64,000 nt of DNA, taken from the NCBI RefSeq assembly GCF_009914755.1, contig NC_060925.1. One strand, written 5' to 3'. Shown here piece after piece: positions 38,540 through 60,165 of this stretch. A program made the translations under genes and the position numbers. The notes under the pieces are model-generated. The model ran no database searches and was not told the DNA's origin. It saw only the letters and a list, made by a program, of their open reading frames with translations. Numbering within the stretch: position 1 is the first letter of the stretch; each line of letters begins with the position of its first letter. Source of the stretch: the human T2T-CHM13v2.0 reference genome, Homo sapiens.

Positions 38540-39360
38540 GAAGTATGCTTTATTTCCCAAATCTGCTTCTCCAACATTTCAGCTGCTCAGGTGGAAAACC
38601 TTGACTCCTCTTTCACACTTCACATCCAATTTTTGTCAGTAAACCTTGCCAGTTAAACCTATACAATACATTCAGAATCTACTACCAACATTAGCAGTTT
38701 TGTTTAAGCCACCAACACCCCTTTCCTAGATTACTGCAGAGACGTGTTTTGGCCTTCCTGCTTCTACCTTCAGCTGTGCTCATCATGGCAGCCAGTGTGA
38801 TCCTAGTAAAGTACAAAATTCGTCACTTTTTTGTTCAAAACACTTCTGATACCTTTCTGTCTCATTCAGAGAAAAAGAGAAGATTCCTTACAAATGGCCT
38901 CTAAATAATCTGGCTCCTGCTGCCTCTAAGTCCCCATCTTCTACCACTCTCCCCGTCAGGCCCTTCTTAGGTTCAGCTGCACTGGCCCCCTTGCTATTCC
39001 TTGAAAATGCTGCTTCAGGGTCTTTGTACTTACTACTCCCTTTGCCTAAAAGTCTCTTTCCCCAGATTTCCACATGATTTAACACCCTCACTTGCTTCAG
39101 GTCTTTGCTCAAACAATACCAACTTTTATAGTTTCCCCAGTTTTCCTGTTTAAAACTGCACCCTACTCACCAAGATTTGCACTCCCTAGTCCCTTCTCCC
39201 TTCTTTGTTTTTCTACAAATTTATTTGACAAATGATATATTTTATTTAAGTATTTATTATTTATTGTCTCCTCTCTCCCCTCTACCATAAGATGTAAGCC
39301 GCATGATGGAAGGGACTTTGAGTGCCTTGTTAAGTGACAGACAATAAATACTTGCTGAAT
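38540..39360 (+). mobile_element. L2 remnant; an Alu (about 39363-39652, +) is inserted at its end
   Basis: L2-like ccttgactcctctttcacacttcacatccaat...tgtaagccgcatga...tacttgctgaatga; Alu TSD AAATACTTGCTGAATGA. Confidence 0.7.
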
Positions 39361-40204
39361 GAGGGCCGTGTGCGGTGGCTCACGCCTGTAATCCCAGCAC
39401 TTTGGGAGGCCGAGGCAGGTGGATCACAAGGTCAGGAGTTCAACACCAGCCTGGCCAAGATGGTGAAACCCTGTCTCTACTAAAAATACAAAAAAATTAG
39501 CCAGGCGTGGTGGTGGGCGCCTGTAATCCCAGCCACTCGGGAGGCTGAGGCAGAGAACTGCTTGAACCCGGGAGGCGGAGGTTGCAGTGAGCCGAGATCG
39601 CGCTACTGCACTCCAGCCTGGGCGACAGAGCGAGACTCATCTCAAAAAAAAATACTTGCTGAATGAATTAATAAATTGAAAGATCACCGAACTGTCTATC
39701 CAAAAGCTTTTCTGGTCCTAACATAACGTCTTGATTTTCTCCGTGCTATCTGATATTACTGATCATAAACAGACTTGCTTCTTCCTTGTCTCTATGACAC
39801 TTGTATCTTAGTCCTTTCTCTCCACTTGTCTGGCACTTTTCCAAGAGTTCTTTTCTTCCTTTAGTCATATGTGAATATCCTCCATGAATTAGGCTTTGGT
39901 ATCTTCTCCTTTTCCCTCTCAATCTGGTTCAATAATAAATAAAAGTTATTACCCAAAAGGCACTGCACTAGGTACTAGAGCGAGGAAGGTAAGTGTGGTA
40001 TCTCAAGAAACTTAAAAGTAAACTTTCTTCCATGCAGAATTCATCTCTCCTAACAACTTCACTATGAGCTCTACTGTGTCTGTGACAATAACTAATGGTT
40101 ACTGAGTATTTACTATCAGCCAGAAAATTATCATTTCCCTCTGAAAAAGGTTTTCTTTTCCAACGTTCCTAAACTTAGTAAATGGACTATCGTCTCAGGT
40201 TTAA

Positions 40205-40566
<362 letters not shown>

Positions 40567-41033
40567 TAAAGTTTTCTTTCAGCTTTCTGTCTCTCTTCTT
40601 TTTCTCTAAATTTTAACAGTTAATGGAGAACACATTTCATAATTGATATACTATCTTCCATTTGCTTAACAAATGTTCCTCTTTTGCTTGTCAAAAGTTT
40701 TACCTTACCAGATAAACTGTACACTTTGAGAGGGAAGTAACTACATTTTCCACTTCCTTTTCTAGTCTCACCAATTCTGAGTATATAGAAGATGCTCAAT
40801 AAAGTCTTATTGCTTACTGGCTTTTAAGTAGTGAAAGAAATCATGCTTTGTTCCTGCATTCTCTACTTTTACTCAGTAACTTTACTCTTCAGGTGAAACT
40901 GCTTCACCTAACAATCACCACTCTATTCTTTGGGCTGTTCTTTCTGATCTCATTTTATACCTAAATACATAATTCTTAATATGTATTCCTGAAACTTCCA
41001 AGTTCTCTAAACCCTGGTGGATTCCGGCCTCAC

Positions 41034-41166
41034 CTGGTCTTCTCTTCTCTTTGGTCATGAGTTGCTGGACCTTCCTTTGCTCTTCTTGTTCTTCTATTTT
41101 AGCCTCTTTGTGAATCTGTTCGATAGTTTTAGGCCCTTGATCTGCTCTTCGAGATACCCAATTGCA
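41034..41166 (-). CDS. EIF4G3: eIF4G3 coding exon, 133 nt, phase 0-1: [44 protein letters not shown]
   Basis: ttttatag|TGC ... G|gtgagg; GPKTIEQIH motif; not in the ORF track, read by hand. Confidence 0.96.
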
Positions 41167-42315
41167 CTATAAAAGCAGAAAATAAGGTTATCTGCCAGAT
41201 AAACTGAACATTTTTTAAAATTTAAAAATTAGCAATTTTTACTACTGGAAAAGTACAAAATACCTACAAAAGCTGTATTATGGCAGTTTCTCATGTATCT
41301 TATAGATGACACTATGAGCAGTTTAGGATTAGAGCTGAAGGATTAAAATCTTCTCAGTCAAAACTGGCCAATTGTATACTACATATTCCAATAGCCAATG
41401 GATACAAAGAACAGGGTGAAAGACTGGCCCAAATTTATTATTATATTTTTAAGCATGGCATATATTTCTCTGTGGACTAAATGGATTTTATCTGTATCAG
41501 TATTTTGTACATTTGAAAGGAGGAGAGAAAAATAAAAATGATGAGGATTCCTTGGCCTTGCCTTAATCTGTGGGATTACTACTCAGATCATATCACATTC
41601 CATAGGGGTTCTAAGTCAAGGATGACTCATGCTTTTATTTCTCCAATATCATGGTTCTGATATTCTACACAAAGGTCCATACCACTCTGCCCTTTGGTTA
41701 TCCCCTGTATTAAGGACAAAATAAGTTGTCACTTTATACTTCTCCCTTCTCTTTCTAGCAACAGTCCCAACATCTGATATAAGTGGTTGATAACATGGGT
41801 GAAGACAACCACATCTAGTCTTAGCAAGATAAAGAATCATCATCAATGCTATCTGGCCTGGGTGGAGGAGAAATAAGAGGTAGGGCTTTGTTCACTTTCT
41901 CTAGTGTAGGGCTTGATGTAGTATATTCCCTGTAGGAGTGAAACTTACAAAAGAGTAACTCCCTGTAGGAGTTAAACTTAAAACAGAGAAAAGTAGTAGT
42001 AACAAAAACTGCACCCGGTAAGAGAAATGAGAAAAACAAAAAAACAAAAAAACAAAAAAAACCCAGCAGCAGAATAGGAGGGTCACAGGAAAAACGAAAG
42101 AGAAGAAAACACCAATATCTGAGCTGGGCACCTTACGTAATTATTCCATTGACTCTTCAACAAATCTGCAAGGTAGGCAACATCCTCATTTTAGAGATTA
42201 AAAATGTAAGGCTCAGAGAGTTAAAGGTATTTACTGTGGAGATGAGACTTGCTGATTATTTAGCTCACAAAGACTAAATTTAATTGAATTTACATTTGAA
42301 TGGAGTTTGAATTCA

Positions 42316-44485
<2,170 letters not shown>

Positions 44486-45110
44486 TAGGAGTCACAGAAT
44501 GTTAAGCTGAAAGGACTTACCTCAGAGCTTTGTTTACATAAATAAGAAGTAAACCTCAATCTTGTATAAACCACTGGGTTTTCTGTCACAGCTAAGCATA
44601 ATCCTAGCTGAATCAGATGTTATGGAGCGTTTCTGACATTATTTCTTTGAAGCATTTCTAATTTCTATACCCCTTAAATAGCATACATTATTACAGTATT
44701 TTTAATGATTTCTTATATTATGGTTAGATGGCTGTGTCATCAATTAGAGTATAAACTCTAGAAGCACTACTGGGTCTTCATTTCTGCACTACCCTTAGGC
44801 CATAGTTTTTCTTTGCATATTTCTGTTCCCAAATTGGGAAATGGTTACAGAAGAAGAAAAAAGAATATGGGACAAATAATCTGAAGAATCTACAAACTGG
44901 CTTTTACACAATTTGGGACCCTCCTCATCTCTGACTCTGATGGAAATGTAAGGAGCACGATGGTTGAACACTGACAATGAGACGGGCAAAAGAAGAAAAA
45001 TAAACAGCCCAGACCTTTGGGAAAAGATAGAACTATTCTGTTGACAGTCTAAGTTCTTTTGCAACTGACAAGGAGCCTTTGCGAAGGTTTCTGAGCTTTT
45101 GGATTTTTAC

Positions 45111-45347
45111 CTTTGCTTTTTCAAAGTCCAAGTCTTTGCCAATGGTGGTGAGCAGGCGACACAGGCACTCCAGGGATTCTTCATCATGGTTCTTTAGCAG
45201 CTTCACCACACAGTCATGCATGATGGCTTCAGTCAGCATTTTGAGTTTAAAGAGTTCTCCAATAAACTTGATGTTGCCAATGGATCTCCGCCGGGCTTTG
45301 TCCTTGGCTTCTTCCAGTTCATCATGAAGCCTTGTCCTCTCCTCTGG
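45111..45347 (-). CDS. EIF4G3: eIF4G3 coding exon (MIF4G), 237 nt, phase 0-0: [10 protein letters not shown]...[16 protein letters not shown]...DFEKAK
   Basis: acaacag|CCA ... AAG|gtaaaa; [11 protein letters not shown] hallmark. Confidence 0.97.
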
Positions 45348-45750
45348 CTGTTGTGTAAGGAGGAATAATAGCATCTTGATGATGAAAGTTGTACTGCACA
45401 ATAAACACTGAGATTCATGGGGTCAGAATCCCCGTGAGAATCTGATAGCAAGTGTAGAATCTACTGCTCAGAAAACTGAACTATACCCATCCATTTCAGA
45501 TTTTTGGAACTCAGTGACCTGACTCAGGCTTAGATTGAATGGCTGGCATGGAAAATTGAGCTGTCCCCTATATTAGGCACTAAAAGGAACAAAGCATTCC
45601 CCTAAACATTAATATGTTGTTTCTACATGGAAAAAAAAAGGCCATAGGTCCCTCTTAAGGTAGCAGGGAGATGCTGTATCTAGCTTCCTGAAATTTCTAC
45701 TTTACAGTGCTCAAAGTGTACAAGCACTGTCTTTCTATGAAAATACTTAC

Positions 45751-45897
45751 AGCACTGGCAGCCTCAAGTTCTTTCTGCTTCTTCTCAAAGACATCATCAT
45801 CTGCTTTATCTTTTTCAAACTCCTTCTGGCAACGGTTCAGTAGCAGCTTCCGGAAATTCACTGTGTTACCAGGCTTGTCTGCCATGGGTACTTTCAG
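45751..45897 (-). CDS. EIF4G3: eIF4G3 coding exon (MIF4G), 147 nt, phase 0-0: [29 protein letters not shown]...EAASA
   Basis: tgtag|CTG ... GCT|gtaagt; conserved [14 protein letters not shown] motif. Confidence 0.97.
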
Positions 45898-47699
45898 CTA
45901 CATCCAGACAGGAAAATAAAAAAAATCAACAAGATTACTTAAAGACATTAAAAATATCTGTTTGCTTTATTGTATGAAATAATGCTGACTGAACCACAGG
46001 TAAGCATTCTATAAGAGGCAAACAATATAGCTTCAGGCATTTCATGATTCAACAGTAATATGTCTTAAATTTTATTTAGAAAAGACACACATTCCTCTCA
46101 TATAAATGTACTCTTTTTTAGCCATGCTACTAGCTAACATGGAAACCCTTGTCATATCATTGCAACTATAACTCTGAACTTATCTAGACCTTATTTAAAA
46201 AAAAAAAAAACTGTGTAGAGTTATTACTTCTTTTTTTAAGAAGTACCGTTGTAATAAGTATTTTGGTTTAATAGAACACACAAAAATGACATAAGACAAG
46301 GGAGAATTTGCTGGTTATCGCAAAACTGTTGTAGGTGAGATCCTTATTGTATTTATGCAGAAGTTGGGATACTGGGGGATTTTTGAGATATCTTTTCATT
46401 GGGGAATGTCATAATGTTAGCACTTACCTTGACTATAAATATAGTATGTTTACTGCTTATTGCTTATGTGCCATGAGAATATACTAGTTCTCCAAAAGTT
46501 TGGAAGCAAGATCCTTACAAGGTTTCCATCCAAATCCAATAATAATTGTTTTTAATAGTTGTAATAGCTCAAGGTTACTTGTAACCAAACACAGAGACAT
46601 TCTTATGAACATATTTAGAATATAAAGACAGTAGACTGCAGCAGGGATTCTACTAAAATATTCTAATTTACAGATGACATCCCTCTGAGCACCATTTTGA
46701 ACAGCTATTTCATAATATGATACAACAGTTTTTCTGGGATGACAAAGTGGCTCCCAAAGTTCTGAAATGTATGTATGGTCTTTGCCCTAGGTATAACAGA
46801 AGATCTTTGTGAAAACTGGGTACACTGCATCCATACTCACAAAATAATTAATGTTATCAACCAGAATGCACTTGGTCAGCTGTTGATCAAGGCTGGATGG
46901 CTAGAGAAACTTCCTGAGAACTGACGATGATGATGCTAGAATATTTGTACTAGAACTGATGGCACACTCTCCAATGTATTCCCTACGATGTATGAAAGAT
47001 CATTTAACAGATCCAGTAATAATCAACCATGTGTTACACTGCATATTTCCTTTCAGCAGGAGACATTATCTTAGGAAGAGGGGAACATTTTCAGATAATT
47101 TTTTAGACAACCAGAGAAAAGGCTACTGTATCCTTAACTCCAAATTTAGGCTACATAAATGCAAGCAACTATAGATAATTTCACAGTCAGGCCTATTCTA
47201 AAGTCACACAAGTCAGCCTTCAAGAAAAGAAATGCTACATGAAAGCAAGAGTTTTCCAAAGCAAAAGCCAAAAGTTGATTCTACCTTCTCTTATATAAGA
47301 CCCAGAATACACAATAATGGACTAAGAAATACAAAAGAGAACCAAGAAGTATATTCAAAAGCAGGTTGGCATACAAGAGCACCAACATGACATTAGATTT
47401 TAGAACTAAAGGTTCTAAACATCAGCAGTTATATCCAATTTGCTGCTTTATAGGAACATAAGTTAAACCAGCCACAAAATCCTAGCCAGCATCTTGGCAT
47501 ATTTACCTCCATCATCTGTATTGACATTAAGTGTATAACTGACTGACAAGAAAATAATAGTCCGGCCCACAATCTATCATCTCTAAAGAGAAGTTTCCTA
47601 CATTACAGATTTACTGTGTAGAAAAGAGAGAAATGAGGACAACAAACAATATGAAAATCTAAGCCACTGCCATATGGTGAGAAGTGCAGGGAAGACTAT

Positions 47700-48260
47700 T
47701 TTAGAAGAGCTGGGTTAAGTATCAAAAGTTTTGCTTACTTGCTATATAAACAAAGGCAATTCTTTTAATCCAAGTTTCAGTTTTGTCATCTAAAACAAGG
47801 GAGGTACAGCCTCTATGTCCATCTGAGAGGGCAGCTTGAGCATTCAGCATGGAAGCACTTTAATAAGCCACAGATAAATAAGCTGTAACTGAAATCGAAA
47901 GAGTGCTGGAATATGAGTCACAAAATCAGAAACTGAATCCCAGCTCTTTAATCTACTATGTAAATTTGAGCAAGTTACCTCACTGAACCTCAGCCCCTAC
48001 ACCTGCAGAATGAGATATTCCAAAATGACTGTAGATTAAGGAACATGATAAAATAGCTGGTGAAAAGGGAGCTCTGGACATAGTCACAATCCCAGCTCTG
48101 CCATGTGACTTTGGCCAAGTCACTCAGTTTCCCCAAACCTCTATTTCAAAAATGGGGTGAGGTATTATACCTATCTCTTAGGAGGTGTTATTGGGAGGAT
48201 CAAATGAGGTATCTAAGGAAAAGCAAATAGTGGCTGACACACAGTAAGGGCCCAATAAAC
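47700..48260 (+). mobile_element. MIR fragments
   Basis: aatcccagctctgccatgtgactttggccaagtcact; aatgaggtatctaaggaaaagc. Confidence 0.6.
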
Positions 48261-48867
48261 AACTAGTATGGCTATATTAAACACTTCATTTGACAGGCCT
48301 ATGATTAAACATTAAGAGTAACGTATATTGTAATAACATAGCTATCAAAGAAAGGATAAAGCAAAGTTAGCTCACTAAGCAATAAAGAGAAAATCACAAA
48401 ATGCAAGAGAAACAAAAGTCTGCTATCCCAAAATAATGGTCAAGAGGAATTTCACATGAATTGGGGCATAAAGAACATGTAATCATGCATAAACTTTTCA
48501 GATATATTCACATGGAAGTATTAAAACTGAATAACTAGCAGAATGACTACAGATTTACAAAAATGTATCTCTGAATGAATGAATACCTAGCTATACAGCT
48601 CCTTGAAGACTTGTTTTGGAATATGATCTTAATACCCTCTGGGGATGGTTGACAGGGCTGTGGAAATATGGAAAGGGGCCAGTGAGAACATATCCTCTGA
48701 GAATAGTGATTCATGGTGATTTTCTTTTTTTTTTTTTTTTTTTTTTTTTTGTCCTTAGGGGATGGTAAATTTGACAGGGCTGTAAGTGAGCACTTGTTGT
48801 CTGCTGGACACTGGGTGGTCAAGAGACCCACTGAGATTGGTTAGTTGGAACAGAACATGAAGAGTGG

Positions 48868-49210
48868 ATACCTTAATCTGCTTGGGCTGCTATAACAAAA
48901 TACCATAGACTGGGTGGCTTAAACAATGGAAGTTTATTTCTCATAGTACTGAAAGCTGCGAAGTCCAAAATCAATGTACTGGCAGATTAAGTTCTTGGTG
49001 AGGACCCTCTTCCTGGCTCGTAAATGGCTGACTTCTCACTGTATCCTTACATGACAGGGAGAGAAACAGCTCAGGTGTTTCCTCTTCCAAGGGCACTAAT
49101 CCCATTGTGTGGGCTCCACCCTCATGACCTCAACTAAACCTAGTTACTGCCCCCCACCCACCTCCTAATGTAATTATAGTAAGAGTCAGGGCTTCAAACT
49201 ATGATTTTTC
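48868..49210 (-). mobile_element. MaLR LTR (MLT1A/MST-like)
   Basis: gggctgctataacaaaataccatagactgggtggcttaaacaa...tttatttctca hallmark. Confidence 0.82.
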
Positions 49211-49942
49211 AGAGACACAACAGTGGACAAGGCAGATGCATGCAAATATGATCATGGATAATAGCAAGAATGAAAGGTATGTGACAGTGGGAAAAGGATC
49301 TATTTAGACAACTGCAATTTTCACTTAACAGTCCATGATCAGCACTAAAATGTGTGTGTTTAAATGGGTTGTTCGGGACGGGTTTCTTTTTCTCAGGGAG
49401 CAAGGGAGTCGGTGAGAATGTTTTAGGAAGGCTGCTTGATAAGCTGAATTCACTAGAAAGCACCTAGCTTTTTATTTTTACACAGTAGTAAACTAACAAT
49501 GTGGCATTAGTGTAAAGAGACCCATCCACATACAGGTCACTCAGCAATCTTAGATATGAATGTTGTCAGCATCAGGTAGTAATTTTCTTCAAGCAACAGG
49601 GCCTATACTGCTGACATATTTGTTAGTATTGAGGGTGGACATGCTTATCCCCAAAAGGATCAAATTCTAGAGAATCATCAAGGGTTGTCAGCAGTGTAGT
49701 AATTATGGTAATCAAACAGAAATGAAAATGGAATGGTAAGTCCTGGCCTTGGCTTGGCATGTTCAGGATTTTCAATGCTGTCTCAGAACATAAAGATGTT
49801 AATGGCAACCCATGGCCCAGCAGTAGTTTTGCCCCCAAATCATGTGCTAGTCTGAAGTAAAGTATTTGTAATGAATAGGATAATGTAAGCAAATGGCACC
49901 TCTGTGCTAACTCTAAAACTCTGGTTTCTAGAGGATAGTTTA

Positions 49943-50501
<559 letters not shown>

Positions 50502-51924
50502 TCAGGTCCATGGTGACATACTATTTTCTATCAGTGGTTATATCGTGACCTTAGGCAATTTAACCTGCCAAAACTGTACATAATACTCTGCATACTATGA
50601 ACACATCTATCAAAATGGATCTCTGTTAGATATACCTGAAGAGGTATAGTGTTAAAGGATATGCACAAGATTCAAAAGGGAGTGGTCAGTTATGAAAGTA
50701 TAAGTCATCTCTGATCATTTTTTCTTCAACACATTATAAAAATCTTCCATCAGGACAGTTACAAATCCCTCCTCCTCCAGTTGACCGGTCACTCGCTGTT
50801 GCCCAAGGCTGACTTGTCATGTCTGCAATTCCGGGCTTTATTTTTTATGGGATTTAACTGCCTCTCTTTTTCTCTCGGTGTCTCTTCCTATTCTCAGTCC
50901 TGTCATTCTCCTCATGTTTTGCTTTTAAACACTTAAAGTGGCAATACTACAAGCTCTGTATCTGGCATAACAGTATACAGAATGCTTAAAAATCTGCCTT
51001 TAGTGCCATTCTTTGTAGCTGAGGTATGTATGTCTCCCACAGCACAGACAAAAAGTAACAAAACTACAGTCTCAGGGCATAAAAGAAACTCATTCAAGTT
51101 GGTTATTCTTTCATTCAGGCATTTACCTACTCACTCACAACTATTACCTGCCAAGAATCATTCTAAGCACTGGGAATTCAGCAGTGAACAAAACAGAAAA
51201 AGTCCCTTTCCTTGGAGTTTATATTCTAGAGGGGTTCTGAGATGAGGATTCTCATTTCAATTATAATTAAGACAAAAGCACAGCAATTTAAAGTTTCAAT
51301 AATCCAATTTAAAATTGTACTTAAGTACAGATTTAGATACAGGACAACATTTCTCTTGTCCACTCTTCCTCACCTGCCACTTAATTCAGATGTCCTCCTC
51401 CAAAAAGAAATGCTGAATTCTAGTTAAATGCTTTATTATTCATGAAGGGAGTCTCACAGGCCTCTTCAGTCATTTCCAGTTGAACTAGCAGAAGCAGCAA
51501 AATACTCCAGAGGTGGAGTTGACCATGTCTTATGATTCCCTCAAGCCTTGTATGGTATGCCTTAGTAGAGCTTGGTGGACACAGGCAGCTGCATATATGG
51601 ATGGATATGTACATATGTATCTGTATGTGTGTGTATACAGTACTACAGAGCAACGAGGGAAAGCTGAATCCATTATATCAATTTCCTCTATAAATCTAAA
51701 AGAATCTTTCTTAAAGGCCTACCCTTTAAGACTTCAAGAAAAAATTAACAAACAAAATAATTTTATACTCTAGGATTCACCTAATCACTGCAAAGTTACA
51801 AAAGAGGTTTTAAATGGAGGTGTGCAATCAATGTGAATGACATGGAAAGAGAAAAATGGCTTAACAACTGCTCTAAACAATGAGAACACATATTCTCCTA
51901 AATCTTACAATCTCAACAATCTAG

Positions 51925-52125
51925 GCTGGGTTTTTAAACCTCAACACTACTGACATTTGGGGTAGGATAATTATTTCTTGTGGAGGGCTCTCCTGTGCAC
52001 TATAGAAAGCTCAGCAGCATCCTCACCCCATACCCACTAAGATGCCATACCAATAACCAAGAAGGCCTCCAGACACTGCCAAATGTCCTGAAGTGGGGGT
52101 GGGAGGGAATGTCCCTGGTTGAGAT
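51925..52125. mobile_element. MER20 (hAT-Charlie DNA transposon relic)
   Basis: ctcaacactactgacatttgggg...tccagacactgccaaatgtcc...ccctggttgaga. Confidence 0.75.
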
Positions 52126-52221
52126 CAGACTCCCAGATACTAGTTCAATTTTTTATTCACTGTCTTCAGTTTCTTTGATTCTGTTGGGAGGTATTATTTT
52201 TCAAGCTAATAATTACCTTAA

Positions 52222-53680
<1,459 letters not shown>

Positions 53681-54384
53681 TTGCTTTTGTTTCACAAAGA
53701 AAACATGCAACCTTTAACACTATAGACAGGTATCCCCAAACACCAAAGTTAGTTTTTGTTTCATTTTTGAACATTAAATAACAAATCATGTAGTATCTTT
53801 TTGGGTCTGCCCTCTTTTACTCAAACTTACTCTTGTGAGAATCCATGCCCATGTAGTTGTACTTCAGATTCACTGTCCTTGTATAAACATGCTACGATTT
53901 ATCCATTCTACTATTAACAGGCATTTTTTCATTTTTCTTTCCTGTATAAAAAATGCTACAACATTTTTGTATATATTTCCTAGCATATGAGATATGTATG
54001 TTTATTGGTTGTGTATATACCTAAGAATTGAAATGCTAGTTATGGCAGAAAAACTTCAGCTTTAGTATATAATGCTAAACAATTTCCAAAGTGGCTGTTG
54101 CAATCAGTATGCGAGAGTTCTTGTTGTTTCACGTTTGTAAATATCTGGTACATTTAGCAATTTGATGTTATTGCATAGTACATGAACATCTTCAACATTA
54201 TTGCCCAATTGCCCTCATAAATGGTTATATTCGTCTTTAAAAACATTTAAAATGGGATTTTTTTTTTCAATCTAGTGGGGGTGAATTTTACAGAACTATG
54301 GTTTATCTTTTCTTAGTTTATCACTTCCCTAATAATGAATAACATTGAATGTCTTTTTTTTTTCCTTAAAAAAAAAAAAAACCA

Positions 54385-55130
54385 CGAGATACAGGTGCAG
54401 GATGTGCAGGTTTGTTACATAGGTATACATGTGCCATGGTGGTTTGCTATACCTACTGACCTGTCCTTTAAGTTCCCTCCCCTCAACCCCCATCCCCCAA
54501 AAAGCCCTGGTGTGTGTTGTTCCCCTCTCTGTGTCCATGTGTTCTCAATGTGAAACTACCACTTATGAGTGAGAACATGCAGTGCTTAGTTTTCTGTTCC
54601 AGTGTTATTTTGCTGAGGATGATGGCTTCCAGCTTCATCCACGTCCCTGAAAAGGACATGATCTCATTTCTTTTTATGGCTGCATAGTATTCCATGGTGT
54701 ATATGTACCACATTTTCTTTATCCAGTCTATCATTGATGGGCATTTGGGTTGGTTTCATGTCTTTGCTATTGTAAATAGTGCTGCAATAAACACACGTGT
54801 GCATGTGTCTTTATAGTAGAATGATTTATATTCTTTTGGTTATACACCTAGTAATGGGATTGTTGGGTCAAATGGTACTTCTGGTTCTAGATCCTTGAGG
54901 AATCGTCATACTGTTGAACCAACTTACGTTCCCACCAACAGTGTAAAAGCATTCTGTTTCTCCACAGCCTTGCTAGCATCTATTGTTTCCTTTTTAATAA
55001 TCGCCATTCTGACTGGCATGAGATGGTATCTCATTGTGGTTTTGATTTGCATTTCTCCGATGATCAGTGATGTTGAACTTTTTTTCATATATTTGTTGGC
55101 CGCGTAAATGTCTTATTTTGAGAAGTGCTG
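54385..55130 (-). mobile_element. L1PA 3' end (ORF2 C-terminus and 3'UTR) nested in an older L1M remnant (about 53700-55520)
   Basis: ORF 54483-54734 [21 protein letters not shown]...FSLISG. Confidence 0.88.
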
Positions 55131-55621
55131 TCATTGATTATCTTTTCTAAAGTTTATCACCCAGTGGATTTTCATTTCTATGAACTGCCCATATTTTTAT
55201 TAGGCTGTTTTTTTCCTACTGATTTGCTTCTTTTTCTTCCTTAATCCTGGATTCTAATATTCTGTCAGTTAATGCACTCCAAACAGATACTCCTAGGTTG
55301 TGGTTTTATCTTTGTATTTATTTATAGTATCTTTTGCTGCATCAAAGATTATAAATTTTAACAGTCAAATCTTATACCTTTATCCTTCATGTTTTGAATT
55401 TTGCTAAAGAAATCTTTCCCTACTCAAAAGTTCATGAAAATAGCCTCCTTGATATTCTTATAAAAGGTTAGCTTTTCAAATTTAGATATTTAATAATCCC
55501 ATAATGTTTGATGTGTGTAGTAGGATTCTATGTTTCTATGTTCACTGTTACCATTTTATTTCAGTCTCTCAATCCCTCAAAAGTAATCAACTACAGTGTC
55601 AGAAGTCAGGACAGTGGTTAC

Positions 55622-58811
<3,190 letters not shown>

Positions 58812-59967
58812 TGGAATTTAACTTTAAACTTTAAATTTTAAACCTAGAGCTGTGACTCCAAAGCCACACTTACTGCTTCAGACTTGAGCCTGCTTAGAAT
58901 GTGTTCTTTCTTCTCCAAATGTGTATTCCCCATTGTGTCAGGTCCAACTCAAACTCTATTTGCTTTATAAAAGTTTTGTGACTCTCCCACCAACATAGTG
59001 TTTTCTTTTTCTTCCAACTTATTTTTCGGTCTAACCATCCATTCAGGCATTGAGATACTGCTACATCACAAAATACCTTTTAAGTAATTTTTTTCTTGGA
59101 AATACTTATTTTCAAATGGATTTTGAATTCCTTTAAGACAGAAGATGTGACTTTTCCAAACCCCAAAAGACTTACCTACCTTTGACATAGGTAGTCAAAA
59201 ATATTGGTAGAATGAGAGAATTTTGCATTTTCATAGCTTGTTTCTAAGCAGCAAGGCACGACAATGAGTTGTAATAATTAAGAAAAAATCCAAATGTTAA
59301 AGGACAGACATTTCTGACACAAGTACCTCGGTAACAATAACAGGAAGAGAAAACAGATGATACATGGCAGTTTATGACTGTGGAATAGAGGACAATGAAC
59401 ACTAACCAGAAGCTCTTTGGTCTCCCTCTCTGTCTTGCCCTAGGTTTGACAGGCTGTGGAGATTAAATGGCTTCAGATAATGTAAACGGAGAGAAACCTA
59501 ACAGTTTCTATGACATGAAATTATCAGCTTTGAAACCTTTTTGACTACAGAACAACTATCCTTTCATTTTCACAGAGATTAGAATTAGAATCAACGTGTT
59601 TTTAAATTTCAAACTTAATTAAATGTGAAAGCACGCATTTGCTTGCTTTCCATAAGAGACACACGGGAAAAATTTGTTGCCCATGACGATAATTTTACAT
59701 TACTAATTTAAACCTGACTCTATCTTTCTTACGCTGAATGGGCCCATCTCATGCCCATTTCAGTCCAGACTTCATATCCCCTCCAGAGGGGAGTATACGT
59801 TTTAATAAAGCAAGATTGTCTTTAATAATGAGAATATTATATCAATAAATACTAAAAATATATTCTCCCCTTTATGTTGCCCCAATAACACTTCTGGGAA
59901 GAATGTGTAGTGAGGGGAGAATATACCTCTTGAAGATTTCTCGTTTTACTCCTTCCTCTCTTCTTAC

Positions 59968-60165
59968 CGTTACTAGACATCGACACATGTTTGCGTAAGC
60001 CACAGAGAAACTGGGTTCATCAATAGCCTTCTCAAAGACCAGGTCAATAACTCCTTTCAGCCGCTCCTCTGTGTCAACAGTAAGTCCTGACACTTGCTTC
60101 ATCAGTTGATTGAACATCTGTGGTGTCAATTTATTTAAGATACTTCGAACTTTTCTAAAAAGCTC
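59968..60165 (-). CDS. EIF4G3: eIF4G3 coding exon (start of MIF4G domain), 198 nt, phase 0-0: [16 protein letters not shown]...MCRCLVT
   Basis: Acceptor ttctag|GAG and donor ACG|gtaaga read on the minus strand; translation matches the eIF4G MIF4G start as I recall it for human eIF4G3. Confidence 0.97.

Noticed and set aside
45079-45919. Plus-strand ORFs overlapping exons (also 8062, 32013, 34061, 37975)
   Set aside because: Antisense shadows of EIF4G3 codons with no independent support
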